DNA of 51,852 bases from Umezawaea sp. (GTDB taxonomy: Bacteria; Actinomycetota; Actinomycetes; Mycobacteriales; Pseudonocardiaceae). Where the stretch lies: positions 1-51,852 of the forward strand of contig JBDSAJ010000990.1 in the NCBI GenBank assembly GCA_039922235.1, read 5' to 3'. Positions 19,425 through 29,497 of the stretch are shown here, one piece after another; the stretch's first letter is position 1; every line of letters begins with the position of its first letter. The notes under the pieces are model-generated. The model worked only from the letters and a program-made list of their open reading frames with translations, did not search any database and was not told the origin of the DNA. Made by a program: the position numbers and the translations under genes.

Positions 19425-19928
19425 CTAGCGGGCCGACAGGCTGACAACCGCGCGGGCGCGGGCGACCTGGTCGTCAAGTTCCCCCTCGGCCGACACGATC
19501 ACCTCGACAACGCGGTAGCTGTCGCGGTTGTAGGGGTGCGTGCTGCGCCAGTTCGAGACCGTTCGTGCCGCGTGCGCCCGCCATGCACGACAAGGGACGC
19601 CGGTCCGGTAGTGCGGGTCGTACGTGGGGTCGCAGTTGATGCAGTTCACGCCCTCGACGTAGACGTTGGACCCGTCCGGCGAGACAGCAAGCGCTACCTC
19701 GACGACGTTGATCTGTGTCTTGAAAAGCAGCAGCTCGGCAAGCGCTTCGCGCATGGCCTGATCGAGGGCCGTCCTGAACGCGCCGAACACAGTGGGCCGG
19801 TTGAGCATTGAGGACATTTCGCGGATTTCGCCGCGCAGCTCGACCACGCGGGCCGCGTTGCGCTGGTCGTTCTCGGCGTGCGCCGCTTCCTCTGCCGCCG
19901 TGCGCTCCGCGTCGGTGGGGTTGTGCAT
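19425..19928 (-). CDS. Hypothetical phage protein
   Basis: ORF after AAGGAG RBS. Confidence 0.65.
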   Translation of the reverse strand: MHNPTDAERTAAEEAAHAENDQRNAARVVELRGEIREMSSMLNRPTVFGAFRTALDQAMREALAELLLFKTQINVVEVALAVSPDGSNVYVEGVNCINCDPTYDPHYRTGVPCRAWRAHAARTVSNWRSTHPYNRDSYRVVEVIVSAEGELDDQVARARAVVSLSAR

Positions 19929-20023
19929 GTCGGTCTCCTTGAACGTTGTCACCAGAGTAAGTCCAGGCGGAACCATCTGTATGTAGCGGCCCCGAACTCG
20001 ACGAGTCCGGGGCCGCCCCCGGC

Positions 20024-20185
20024 CTAGCCGCGCGAGCGCCCACAAGAGGGGTACAGGCACGCGCCGCAGTGCAGCGGCGTCAGGTCCCACTCGGGAACCC
20101 ACCACGCGCACGCCTGCCCGCACTCGATGCACTCGACGTGCTCAAGAGCCGGGGCGGACTCGATGTTGATGAAGATGACCGCCAT
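20024..20185 (-). CDS. Small zinc-finger-like protein
   Basis: CIEC...CGAC; RBS GGAGG. Confidence 0.55.
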   Translation of the reverse strand: MAVIFINIESAPALEHVECIECGQACAWWVPEWDLTPLHCGACLYPSCGRSRG

Positions 20186-20224
20186 TTGGGGCCTCCTTGG
20201 TTGTTGGTGTGTTGTGATCATCGT

Positions 20225-20293
20225 AGGTACAGATGGTTCCTCCTGTATCTAGTTTGTGGTGCACACCACATACAGGCGGAACCATCTGTACCT
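20225..20293. promoter_or_regulatory. Composite regulatory site: two inverted motif-B copies flanking motif A
   Basis: AGGTACAGATGGTTCCTCCTGTA / TACAGGCGGAACCATCTGTACCT (22/23) around TTTGTGGTGCACACCACA. Confidence 0.75.
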
Positions 20294-20296
20294 TAA

Positions 20297-21034
20297 TCAC
20301 AGGTAGGCGCGGCTGTCGTCGGCCGTCGACTCGACCACCGAGTACGCGGCGCTGATCAGCTCAGTCGCCCGCACAGGGCCGACGTTGCACGCGGTCTGCA
20401 CAGCTCGACGAGGAACGCGCTTCCCCTCCTCCTGCGCACGAATGAGACCGTGGACGATCGGCAACAGTTCCTCGTCGGGCCGGATGATCCGCTTGGACCT
20501 GGCGACCACCGGGCCGGTCTCGACTACCTCGACCACCTCGGCGACCGGTGCGGACTCCGCGGCGCCAACCGTGACCTCGTCCCGCGCGGCTACCAATTCG
20601 GTCTGTGCGTCCGCCTTTCGCTGCTCGGCGATGAGTGCCGCGAACGCCGAGGAGTAGTGCTCCTCGCACAGCGCGAGCACGAACACCATGACCGGGATGC
20701 CCGCATGGAAACCGGCCGCCGCGTAGTCACCGTTCATCACCGCGCCCGTGCAGTTGAGCGCCAGACAGAACGCGACCGAGAAGTACCTCAGCGTCCGAGC
20801 TGGTCCCGAAACGATGCCGTAGGCGGACAACTTGGCGGACGCCCGCAGGGAGGCGATGAGACCGACATCGGACGCGAGCGGGAACAGGATCGCGAGGTAG
20901 ATCGGGCTACCGAGGTCGACCATGAGGATGGTCCCGCTACCGAGACTCGTGAGCATGGCGAGGATCGTCGCCGTCCACAGCCACGGCATGAGTGCACGCC
21001 GGTTGTCGTCGAGTTCGCGCAGCTTGTCAGTCAT
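20297..21034 (-). CDS. DUF2637-like membrane protein with C-terminal HTH-like tail
   Basis: Four hydrophobic segments with the FPLASD and ALN...FHAGIP pattern; C-terminal RRAVQTACNVGPVRATEL. Confidence 0.6.
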   Translation of the reverse strand: MTDKLRELDDNRRALMPWLWTATILAMLTSLGSGTILMVDLGSPIYLAILFPLASDVGLIASLRASAKLSAYGIVSGPARTLRYFSVAFCLALNCTGAVMNGDYAAAGFHAGIPVMVFVLALCEEHYSSAFAALIAEQRKADAQTELVAARDEVTVGAAESAPVAEVVEVVETGPVVARSKRIIRPDEELLPIVHGLIRAQEEGKRVPRRAVQTACNVGPVRATELISAAYSVVESTADDSRAYL

Positions 21035-21259
21035 GATCGCTCGGCCCCTTGTCGGTGGTGGTCGGTCCAACGGGAACATAGAAACACACGGAACCATCCG
21101 TATGTCACAAGGTGTGGTGCACACCACAAACAGATGGAACCTTCTGCACTTGCTCGGCTGGTAGTCCTCGGTCGTGGTGTGCACAACAAAAATGCCCCGC
21201 CCCCGGAAATCCCAGGGACGGGGCACTCTGTCTAGCTACTCGGGACAAGCGTCGCCCGC

Positions 21260-21445
21260 CTACCCTCGCCGCACTGTGCGCGGGTACGTCTCGGCGGTCA
21301 CCACGTGGAGACGCGGAATCCCCTTGGCCGTGGTGCACGCGAACGTCGTGAACGTGGCCCCGCGGATCAGTTCCTTGATCTCGTGCTCGATGTCGTGTTC
21401 GCACGGGCTCACGACGTGCAGGGTCACCAGCTCCCGGCCGGTCAC
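21260..21445 (-). CDS. Small hypothetical protein
   Basis: Coupled (GTGA) to the upstream gene; terminator follows. Confidence 0.5.
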   Translation of the reverse strand: MTGRELVTLHVVSPCEHDIEHEIKELIRGATFTTFACTTAKGIPRLHVVTAETYPRTVRRG

Positions 21446-21960
21446 GCGGACACCTCTCCGGTTGCGACCCAGTGGGCCGCTGCGACGAGATCGATCGGCG
21501 GGCCGCCGAGTGCCTTGTTCGTCATTTCGAGTGCGTACATGCGAACCGCCATCGCGTCGCGTGTGGCCTCGTCGACCGGTGCCGTTTCCTGTCGCGGAAC
21601 CATCGCGTGCATCTCGGCGTAGGTGGCCGTGGCGTCGAGCACGTCGGCCAGGCGGCCCGCGTCCGGGTAGGACAGCAGCACGCCTCGCGCGTCGTCACGG
21701 GTGATGATTCCCGTGACAAGGACCGTGTCGTCCTCGTGGCCGTCGCCAACCCACAACAGCCCGACGTGTGCCCCTTCCTCGTTCGAACCGTCCACGATCC
21801 CCCGTAGGGCGGTTGCGGCCTTGCGGGCGCTGGTGCTCGACAACCGGGCCTCGGCGGGCGTGTCGGAAGCGACTTCCGTGATCACGACAAGGACCATGTC
21901 GCCGTACTGTGCGACGCCGAGGCGGTCTGACTTGTTCTCGGTGCAGTAGAAGAACTCCAT
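21442..21960 (-). CDS. Hypothetical phage protein
   Basis: 172-aa ORF directly downstream of the sigma gene. Confidence 0.7.
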   Translation of the reverse strand: MEFFYCTENKSDRLGVAQYGDMVLVVITEVASDTPAEARLSSTSARKAATALRGIVDGSNEEGAHVGLLWVGDGHEDDTVLVTGIITRDDARGVLLSYPDAGRLADVLDATATYAEMHAMVPRQETAPVDEATRDAMAVRMYALEMTNKALGGPPIDLVAAAHWVATGEVSA

Positions 21961-21977
21961 GCGTCGACCCCCCGGTC

Positions 21978-22886
21978 TCAGTTGTCGGCGATTGCGGCGA
22001 GCTTGCCCAGGGCGACACGCTTGATTCGCCAGATGGCCTGTTGCGAGACGCCGAGGATCTTCCCGGCTTCCCCTTCAGACAGAGCTGGTCCGTCGAACCC
22101 CATCAATACGCCGAGAACTTCGCGTTCCCGTGGTGCGAGGACAGGTGAGGCCATGAGCGCCCGTGCGGTCTCGATGTTCTCGATGCGGTTGAGGGCGTCG
22201 GTCGCGTCGGTGTCGCCGAGGGTTTCCCCGAGGGTGTAGCCCCCGCCGTTGCGCGAGTACAAGTCATCAGCAACCGCGAACATGACGGCGTGCACATCCC
22301 AGAACGTTTCGAGCGTCCATGCGAAGTGCGTGCGCGCATAGGTCGCCGCGCCGATCAGGTCATAGTTGCCGTCCGCGTCCGATGTCGCCCGCAGTGCCTG
22401 CCTGAGTTTCTGCGTGAGCCTGCCCGGATCGTTGGGCTTGCCGGGGCTCTGTGTACTCGCGATGTTGCGCATGTGTCCCAGGACCGCACGCCCGAGGTAC
22501 GGCCCGAGGTTGCCCGCGAAATCGTTGGTGATCTTGCCGGATCGCGCGTCCGTGATCAGCCGTAGAGCGCCCTCCTGATGGAGGTCTTCGCGGTCCAGCG
22601 CCGAGGAGCCAACCGCAGTTGCGGCCATGCGGTCCAACTCTGCCGCACAGCGGACGTACAAGGGAGCCTCGGCGTCCTTGTCCCCGAGGGTCACGGCGTT
22701 GAGCAGGTCCGGGGTCGAGCGCGGATCGGCGAACACGTGAGCGGCAAAGGTGTTGCGGCTCAAGGCTTGCAGCATCTGCGGAAGCGCTGCGCCTCGATAG
22801 GCGTGAGGCGTGCCGTGGTCGAGCCCGTTCCGGATGTCGGTGACGAGTTCGACCCTCGGCTGTTCGAGCGTGCTGATAGTGCTCAC
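21978..22886 (-). CDS. Phage sigma-70-like factor
   Basis: Region 2-like LDREDLHQEG; region 4 LAPREREVL...GFDG...EAGKILGVSQQAIWRIKRVALGKL. Confidence 0.8.
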   Translation of the reverse strand: MSTISTLEQPRVELVTDIRNGLDHGTPHAYRGAALPQMLQALSRNTFAAHVFADPRSTPDLLNAVTLGDKDAEAPLYVRCAAELDRMAATAVGSSALDREDLHQEGALRLITDARSGKITNDFAGNLGPYLGRAVLGHMRNIASTQSPGKPNDPGRLTQKLRQALRATSDADGNYDLIGAATYARTHFAWTLETFWDVHAVMFAVADDLYSRNGGGYTLGETLGDTDATDALNRIENIETARALMASPVLAPREREVLGVLMGFDGPALSEGEAGKILGVSQQAIWRIKRVALGKLAAIADN

Positions 22887-22912
22887 TTTCGGTGGTCTCC
22901 CTGTTTCGGGCA

Positions 22913-22968
22913 GACGAAACAAGCCCGCCGTTCACGTGCGGTTCACACACGGGCGGGCTTGAGTCGTC
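22913..22968 (-). terminator. Hairpin just upstream of the sigma gene
   Basis: CAAGCCCGCC/GGCGGGCTTG stem with TTGTTT on the - strand. Confidence 0.6.
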
Positions 22969-23649
22969 CAGGTCGGACCGCGCTGCGAGGTCGCCAGCGA
23001 AACGCCGCGCGCTCAGCGCAGCGTCGTGACAGTCACGGCTCGACGTTGGTCTACGTTCGATGGCTTGACAGCGCGCGGCTTATGGCTTGAGCACTGCCAG
23101 CCTGCATGTTCCTCAACGGGGTTCGACGCTCCGCGAGAAGTCCACAAAGGACGAATCCTGAGTTCAGCTCGGTATTACGCCGAGCTGATGCATTCGCCTT
23201 GCTAAAGATGATCTACATCGTTGCCCGCCGCAGACAGGCAAGCCGCGTCCGCAACCCCCCCGCCCGTCATTTCCACCCGATACTGCTCGCCTTACGGCGC
23301 TCACCCGTCCGTCCCCTCTTCAGTCCATATTGCCGGTCGGTACGCCCCCCTAGGCGAGCTTTCCACCGTAACCGCAATTCGGCGGAACGCAATGTGTCTC
23401 GAACATGCGTGCTTGACCTATGGCGAGCCGCGCCATCCTCGTGTAACAACGTTCCGGTTACACTCCGACAATGTTTCGCCCTGAATTTCGCAAGTTTCAC
23501 CACGGTCAGTTACATAATTACCCTAACTAATTGATTTTTCGCGCGCACTACACAGAACTGAGTAGGCCAAATAGGTGAGAACTCCTCAGGTCCGCCAACC
23601 AGCGCGCAGACAGGTGACATACAACACATGAAGGTTTAGACGTCCGTCT

Positions 23650-23973
23650 CTAGCGGTACTGCGCGCGCTCGTGCCTCGGCTGCGAGTACGCCCGCTCTGC
23701 CGCCTCGGCGTGCACGATCGCGCGCTCGGCCTGCAACACAGCCTGAATCGCCGCTGCCCTGGTCAGGTACAGCTCGGCGGTGATGCCCTGGTCCAGTCGT
23801 GCCATCACCAGGGCTTCAACCGGCCGCTGAATGCCCTTGACCGACACGGACGGCACGTGGTCGGGGTTCTCGTCGGCAACCGCTTGTGCCACCAGCGCCC
23901 AGCGTTCGAACGTCGTGGCGGCCGTGCGCAGGCGTGCCGCGACGGTCGGGAAATCGGCGGTGCGCATGGACAT
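23650..23973 (-). CDS. Hypothetical phage protein
   Basis: ORF after AAAGGGGA RBS. Confidence 0.6.
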   Translation of the reverse strand: MSMRTADFPTVAARLRTAATTFERWALVAQAVADENPDHVPSVSVKGIQRPVEALVMARLDQGITAELYLTRAAAIQAVLQAERAIVHAEAAERAYSQPRHERAQYR

Positions 23974-23986
23974 GGACAGTCCCCTT

Positions 23987-24457
23987 TCAATGGGATTCAT
24001 TTTCTGCAATGGCGCGTAGTTCGTCAGCCATTTGCAGATATTTGATTGCCGCCGACAACAGGACCGGGTCGTCGGCGAAATGACCGATGCCGGAATTGCA
24101 GGATTGGCAGAGCAGTCCGCGAACCAGCTCGGTGACGTGGTCGTGGTCGACGAACAAGCCGCGGGGTAGTTCGTCCTCGTGCCGTCCGCAGATCACGCAC
24201 CGGTAGCCCTGCGCCGTGCGTAGGTCGTCGACCTCGGCGGCCGTGACGCCGTAGCGCGACTGGTAGCGCCGATCACGGTTGGCGTCGCGGTTGGCCAGGT
24301 TGTGCAGCACCATCCGCGCTAGAGCCTGCTCGCGGTTGGCCGTGTGGTAGCCCTTGCGGCACTGTTTGCAGTACGGGTGCAGCCCGTCCGCCCGTGAGCG
24401 GTCGCGGTCGAACTCGTCGAGTGCCTTCTCAGCGCGACACTTGGGGCACTGCCTCAT
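23987..24457 (-). CDS. Endonuclease VII-like HNH nuclease
   Basis: YGVT...QGYRCVIC...VDHDH...VRGLLCQSCNSGIG; N-terminal CPKC/CKQC. Confidence 0.9.
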   Translation of the reverse strand: MRQCPKCRAEKALDEFDRDRSRADGLHPYCKQCRKGYHTANREQALARMVLHNLANRDANRDRRYQSRYGVTAAEVDDLRTAQGYRCVICGRHEDELPRGLFVDHDHVTELVRGLLCQSCNSGIGHFADDPVLLSAAIKYLQMADELRAIAENESH

Positions 24458-25122
24458 CCGGCCGCCGTGAGCTGGTCCCAGAGATCGCCGACGCCGCGCC
24501 GATGGTCGACGTCGAGCGCGACCAGGTGCCCCGGCAACCACGCGCCGAGTGATCTCGGGCCTTTGGACAGGTTGCAGCTCGCACACGAGGGCGCGAGGTT
24601 CCACGGCGCGTCATCACCGCCGTCGACCAGCGGCCACAGGTGATCGATGTGTTCGGACCTGCTCCCGCAGTACACGCACCGGTCGCGGTAAGCCCTGCGC
24701 AACCACGCCACGTCTACCGGCACGGCGTGCGCGTTGCGTTCAGCCGCTCTCGTCTTGTGTCCGTGCGCCCGTGATCGGTCCCGCGTCGAGCCAAACGCCC
24801 GGAACGCCTGGTCGTCGAACTCGGCGAAGTAGCGGACCGAGGTTCGCGCGACGGCCGCAAGCAGACGGACGACATCAGGCCGTGCCGGATGGTCCGCGTC
24901 GATGCCGTCGAGTGTGATTGCGGCCAGCGCCACGTGATGTGCCTCGGTCTGCGCCAGGCGCTCGGTGAAGTCGCCGTAGAGGGTGCGGAGCCGAGCAAGA
25001 TCCTCGCGACGCTTGGCCTTGAAATGCACCGCCGCGTGTGCCCTGCACAGAAACTCTTTTCGTGGCCAACGCGTCACGTACGGGCGAACGTTTGTCGTTG
25101 TGCTGCAACGAGAACAGCGCAC
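24454..25122 (-). CDS. HNH endonuclease
   Basis: CVYCG...IDHLWP...GG...NLAPSCASCNLSKG. Confidence 0.9.
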   Translation of the reverse strand: MRCSRCSTTTNVRPYVTRWPRKEFLCRAHAAVHFKAKRREDLARLRTLYGDFTERLAQTEAHHVALAAITLDGIDADHPARPDVVRLLAAVARTSVRYFAEFDDQAFRAFGSTRDRSRAHGHKTRAAERNAHAVPVDVAWLRRAYRDRCVYCGSRSEHIDHLWPLVDGGDDAPWNLAPSCASCNLSKGPRSLGAWLPGHLVALDVDHRRGVGDLWDQLTAAG

Positions 25123-25133
25123 ATCTCCCCTTC

Positions 25134-27002
25134 CTAGGCGGCAGCTCCGTACAGGGAACCCCATGAGTTACCGCCGATCTCAAGATCGGTCGCGAGCGGG
25201 ACGCCGTAGAAGTCGTCTACTTGCATGGTTTTTGCGATGTGGCGGCCGACTTCCTCGGCGATGTCGCGGGGTGCAGAGAACACCACCTCGTCATGGACCG
25301 GCAACCGCAGGTACTCGGTAAGGCCTTCCTCGTCGAGCCGTAGCAGCGCCTCGGCGAGCACGTCGCGCGCGGTCGACTGGACGACGTAGTTCGTTGCCGC
25401 GTACAGGCGTCGCCGATCGAGCGGGATCACGCGGCCCGAGGGGGTGACGACTTCCTTGCGGCCGTAGAGGGCGCGTTCCTCAAGCCGCCGCGAGTAGCGC
25501 TTGATGCCCCGGTACACGCGGTCGTACTGCCTGATCGCGTGCCGTACCTGTTCCAGCGGTGCCCCGGTCTGCCGAGAGAGCGTGTCCGCACCGCCCCCGA
25601 ACAATTTGCCGAACCCCACCCCCTTCATCAGGTTGCGCTGTTTGACGGTGTAGTTGTCCCCGTAGACCAGGGCGGCCGTGTACCCGTGCAGGTCGCGGCC
25701 CGCGAGGATGGCATCGATCATGGTTCGGTCGCCCGAGAGTGCCGCGATGACGCGCATCTCTACCGCTTGGTAGTCCACGGAACCGATGACGTGACCAGGT
25801 GTGTCCGCGAGCATCGCCCGACGAATGAGCCAGTCTTTCGACGGCAGTTGTTGCAACGGCGGACGGCTGATCGACATGCGCGCGGTACGTGCCTTGAGCG
25901 AGGCGATACTTGGGTGAATGCGGTCCTCGGCATCGCGACCGTTCAGCATCGCGTCTACATAGGACGTTCCCCACTTGCTTGCCCGCTTGGCGCGCAACAC
26001 CGCCTCGGCGAGCGGGTTCGGATCGCGAGTGCCACGCGGCTGCCAGTCACGGTCAAGGTCGGCGAGGTGTAGCAGAACCTCCTTATCGACCTTGAGCGCG
26101 CCAGTCTTGGTGACCTCGGTGAGTTCTTCCCCCATTCCCAGTAGAGCCGACGAGACCTGCGCGGGTGCGTTGACCGAGGTGACGCCGAACATGTGCGCCA
26201 CACTTGACCACTGCTCGGCCTCGGCCCGCAGCGTCGCCCGCAACTCGGTCAGGTAATCGGGGTCGACGCGGAAGCCACGCGCCTCGATCTTGGCGCACAC
26301 CAGCGCAACTGCGTGCTCGAACTCAGCCAGCCTGGCGAATCCTCGCGCCTCGACCTCGGCCGACAGCACCGCGTGCAGCCGTGCGCCGAGGATCACGTCA
26401 AGGCCCGCATACAGCGTGTAGAGCGGGTGATCGAGCGGTATCGCTGCCCAACCGGTCGCCTTGGTGTGGCCGATCTCCCGGAACGCCGAGTACAGCCCGG
26501 TTGCCGTGTCCGGCGCGTCCGGGTCGACGTAGCGCGCCGAGTTGCCCTTGAGCCCGAGTCCGGTCCCGCCGTCCTCGGGGCCGCGCGGGTCGAGTAGGTG
26601 GGTGAGGATCGCGGTATCGGTGGACCGTGACCACAAGTCGTCGAGCACGACATCGAGTTCCTGCGTCGAGACCAGCGCATCGAACGTCAGGTTGTGGACC
26701 GTCAGCCGCGGAAGGTGTCGCAGCGCCGACGACACGACCTCGCGCGCTGCGCCGCATTGATCGGACGGAACGCCGAGCCGATCGACCGGGATAACGAACG
26801 CCTCGGTCTCGTGGCCGAATTGAGCGGTCCTCAACCGGAACGAGGGCGAGAACATGTCGAGACCGGTCGTCTCGGTGTCGAACCCGATCGTGCGTTGTTC
26901 GTTGTGCTGCAACCATAGCGAGAACGTCGAAAGGTCGTCGCGGCTCTCGACGACGTTGACGCGGACCTCGTCGCCCGCCACACGGTGAAGCTGTCTACGC
27001 AA
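25134..27002 (-). CDS. Phage family A DNA polymerase
   Basis: FDTETTG exonuclease motif; DYQAVEMR, KGVGFGKLFG and PVHDE motifs A/B/C. Confidence 0.97.
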   Translation of the reverse strand: MRRQLHRVAGDEVRVNVVESRDDLSTFSLWLQHNEQRTIGFDTETTGLDMFSPSFRLRTAQFGHETEAFVIPVDRLGVPSDQCGAAREVVSSALRHLPRLTVHNLTFDALVSTQELDVVLDDLWSRSTDTAILTHLLDPRGPEDGGTGLGLKGNSARYVDPDAPDTATGLYSAFREIGHTKATGWAAIPLDHPLYTLYAGLDVILGARLHAVLSAEVEARGFARLAEFEHAVALVCAKIEARGFRVDPDYLTELRATLRAEAEQWSSVAHMFGVTSVNAPAQVSSALLGMGEELTEVTKTGALKVDKEVLLHLADLDRDWQPRGTRDPNPLAEAVLRAKRASKWGTSYVDAMLNGRDAEDRIHPSIASLKARTARMSISRPPLQQLPSKDWLIRRAMLADTPGHVIGSVDYQAVEMRVIAALSGDRTMIDAILAGRDLHGYTAALVYGDNYTVKQRNLMKGVGFGKLFGGGADTLSRQTGAPLEQVRHAIRQYDRVYRGIKRYSRRLEERALYGRKEVVTPSGRVIPLDRRRLYAATNYVVQSTARDVLAEALLRLDEEGLTEYLRLPVHDEVVFSAPRDIAEEVGRHIAKTMQVDDFYGVPLATDLEIGGNSWGSLYGAAA

Positions 27003-27079
27003 GGTGCCCCCCTCGGTGTTTCGGGCAGCACGAATGAGCCGGACCGAGGTGGTTCCCGGTCCGGCTGCTGTCGTTGCTG

Positions 27080-29497
27080 TTAAGCCAGTTCCTCCGCGCG
27101 GGCCTTGCGCACTCCGCGTAGCACCATGCCCCGCCGATCACGGATGATGCGGACCTTGCGACCTTCCATGTTCTTCCGGAACGTGATCTTTCCCCACGGG
27201 CGTGACGCCCCGCCCAGCTCGACATCCGCCCAGTCCTGATAGGCGTTGAACGCGTCGTCGAGCGTGATCCGGGCCTCGGGGTCGCGCACGAGCACGCCCG
27301 GTAGGAACCCGTCGAGAATGTCGCTCGACCGCCGGTACTCGCGGACGGCCGACAACACCGACTCGGGTTCGCGCAGCCCCTCGGCGTACCACTGCACCGC
27401 ACCGCGCACGGCCCACGCGGCGATACCGACCGACTCGGCAAGCAGCGTCACGGGGAGTGCTGCGTCCTTGTCGGTACCCGCGAACTCTCGGGCGAACGGG
27501 ATGAGTCTGGTTCGCCTCCAGAAACCGTCATCCTGCCCGCGCACGTCGGGCCGATAGTTCGTCGCCATGAGCATCAGCGCCGTCGGCGTGAACGTGAACT
27601 GTCCTTTGTAGAGTTCACGAGCGACCACAGGGTCACCGGCCGTGATCTGCTTGAGCAACGCCTCGTTGAGGCGCAACCCCTCGGACAGCTCGGAGAGCAC
27701 CGCCAGGCGCACACCACGCAGCGCAGCGAGCGCGGGGTTGGCCGCACTCGGGTCGAATGCCCTGGTCTGGGCAATCGCGGCTTGCGACATGTGTCCAGTG
27801 ATGCCTGCGAACACCGTCGCCAGTGCGTTGACGAACACGCTCTTGCCGTTGGAACCGTGGCCGTAGAGCAGCGCGAACACGTGCTCACGCGTCTCGCCTG
27901 TGATGCCGTAGCCGACGAGCCGTTGCATGAACCCCGGCATCTCGGGGTCCTCGGGGAAGACCTCGCCGAGGAACCGTGTCCACCTCGGGCAGGCTGCCTC
28001 GGGGTCGTAATCGAGATCGACGAACCGGGTCAACCGGTCCTCGCGTCGATGCTCGCGCAGCTCCCCCGTGGTGAGGTCGACGGTTCCGTTGCGGAAGGTC
28101 AGCAGATCGTGCCGCGCGTCGAACTCGGTCACCTCGGCGGCGGTGATCGTTCGGAGGTGTTCGAGTGCGGCCCGGATGCCCGAATCCATGTGCATCCGGC
28201 GCGTGCGCTTGACCGCTTGGACGTACTCCTCATGGTCGCGCTGCTCCGCTCGACTGCCGTCCTTGTCGCCCTTGGGCATCGCGGCCAGCTCACGCGCCAT
28301 TGCGTCGGCGACTCGATGCCCGATCGCCCGCTCACGGGTCGTGCTCATGACCTGCCAGATACGCCCGGACCAGGTGAGGAAACCCACGCCGTCCACGTGC
28401 GCGGTGTCCTCGCCAACGATCGTGAGCGCCAACCGGGCGTTTTCGATATCGGTTCCGAGGGTGGCCTTGAGCTTGTCCCGCTTGGGCGGTGGCGGTGGCG
28501 GATCGCTCGGCGTGGCCTCCTCCCCCTGTGCCCATTCGACCGCCTCGGCAACCGCTCGATGCAGTGCCGCGCTGAACTGATCGGGTGCCGCAGCGCGCCA
28601 GTCCGCAAGGTCGCCGTACTCCTCGGGGATGCGCAGCACACGGGCGTGGATGCCGAGTGCCTTGAGCCCTGCGCCGAGCGCGTCGTTGAACTCACGTCCG
28701 GCCTGGTCGTTGTCCCCGGCAAGAATCACCTCTCCCCCCGCGGCGCCAACGGCGAGTTCCGTGATGGTCCGCTCGGCGCGTGCCACCCCGGCACCACGAA
28801 CGGCCACGGCGGTGTATCCGGCCGCAACTGCGGTGAGGGCATCGCCCGGTCCCTCGGCGACCACAACCGTCGGGAAGCTGTCACCGGTCCGTAGAACGGC
28901 CGTCGCGTCCCATCTCATGCCCTCGGCGGGCGAGGCCAGGTTGAGCCACCTCGCCGGACAACCGTTGCCAACATCGCGACCTTGCAAGCCCCTCGGCATC
29001 CCGGACCAGTCGACGAACGGGACGACCAAGCGCGGATGCGCGAGGTACCCAGACGTCCGGTAGTCCTTGGCGCGGCCGACGCTCACCGTGCCGTCGTCGA
29101 ACCCGAGGCGCAGTTGTCGCCCCATGTCCTCGGTCAACCCGAACCGGTCGCGGGCGTACTCGGCGGCCCGTGAGCCCGCGAATCGTCCGGCCGCCGCGTT
29201 GACGTAGGTGGCCAGCGCGGCGACGACGCCCGGAGCCAGCTCGACCGGCGCGACCGTCGAGAGCGTCGGTTCGCCGGTCACCTCGAACAAGTCCGACTCG
29301 GCGAGATCGGCTGCTTTGAGAACGTCGGCTGTCTTGCAGCCCGCGCGGCAGTAGACCAGTGCCCGCCGTTCGTCGGTGAGCGACACGAACAGACTCGGTC
29401 GTCCGTCGCCGTGCGCGGGACAGGTGACCAGCACGCCGCCGCGTTCGTCGAGCACAAGCCCGTTGCCGAGGCGGTCGAGCAATCGATCAATGTGCAC
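27080..29497 (-). CDS. Primase-helicase (Zn ribbon, TOPRIM, P4/D5-type SF3 helicase)
   Basis: CPAH...YCRAGC; EGPGD, GDND; GHGSNGKS; ITAGD, FWRR. Confidence 0.95.
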   Translation of the reverse strand: MHIDRLLDRLGNGLVLDERGGVLVTCPAHGDGRPSLFVSLTDERRALVYCRAGCKTADVLKAADLAESDLFEVTGEPTLSTVAPVELAPGVVAALATYVNAAAGRFAGSRAAEYARDRFGLTEDMGRQLRLGFDDGTVSVGRAKDYRTSGYLAHPRLVVPFVDWSGMPRGLQGRDVGNGCPARWLNLASPAEGMRWDATAVLRTGDSFPTVVVAEGPGDALTAVAAGYTAVAVRGAGVARAERTITELAVGAAGGEVILAGDNDQAGREFNDALGAGLKALGIHARVLRIPEEYGDLADWRAAAPDQFSAALHRAVAEAVEWAQGEEATPSDPPPPPPKRDKLKATLGTDIENARLALTIVGEDTAHVDGVGFLTWSGRIWQVMSTTRERAIGHRVADAMARELAAMPKGDKDGSRAEQRDHEEYVQAVKRTRRMHMDSGIRAALEHLRTITAAEVTEFDARHDLLTFRNGTVDLTTGELREHRREDRLTRFVDLDYDPEAACPRWTRFLGEVFPEDPEMPGFMQRLVGYGITGETREHVFALLYGHGSNGKSVFVNALATVFAGITGHMSQAAIAQTRAFDPSAANPALAALRGVRLAVLSELSEGLRLNEALLKQITAGDPVVARELYKGQFTFTPTALMLMATNYRPDVRGQDDGFWRRTRLIPFAREFAGTDKDAALPVTLLAESVGIAAWAVRGAVQWYAEGLREPESVLSAVREYRRSSDILDGFLPGVLVRDPEARITLDDAFNAYQDWADVELGGASRPWGKITFRKNMEGRKVRIIRDRRGMVLRGVRKARAEELA

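Noticed and set aside
17339-23501. Shared 12-mer GCAAGTTTCACC in two AT-rich gaps (~17339 and ~23490)
   Set aside because: Only two copies and no symmetry; too weak to call without statistics
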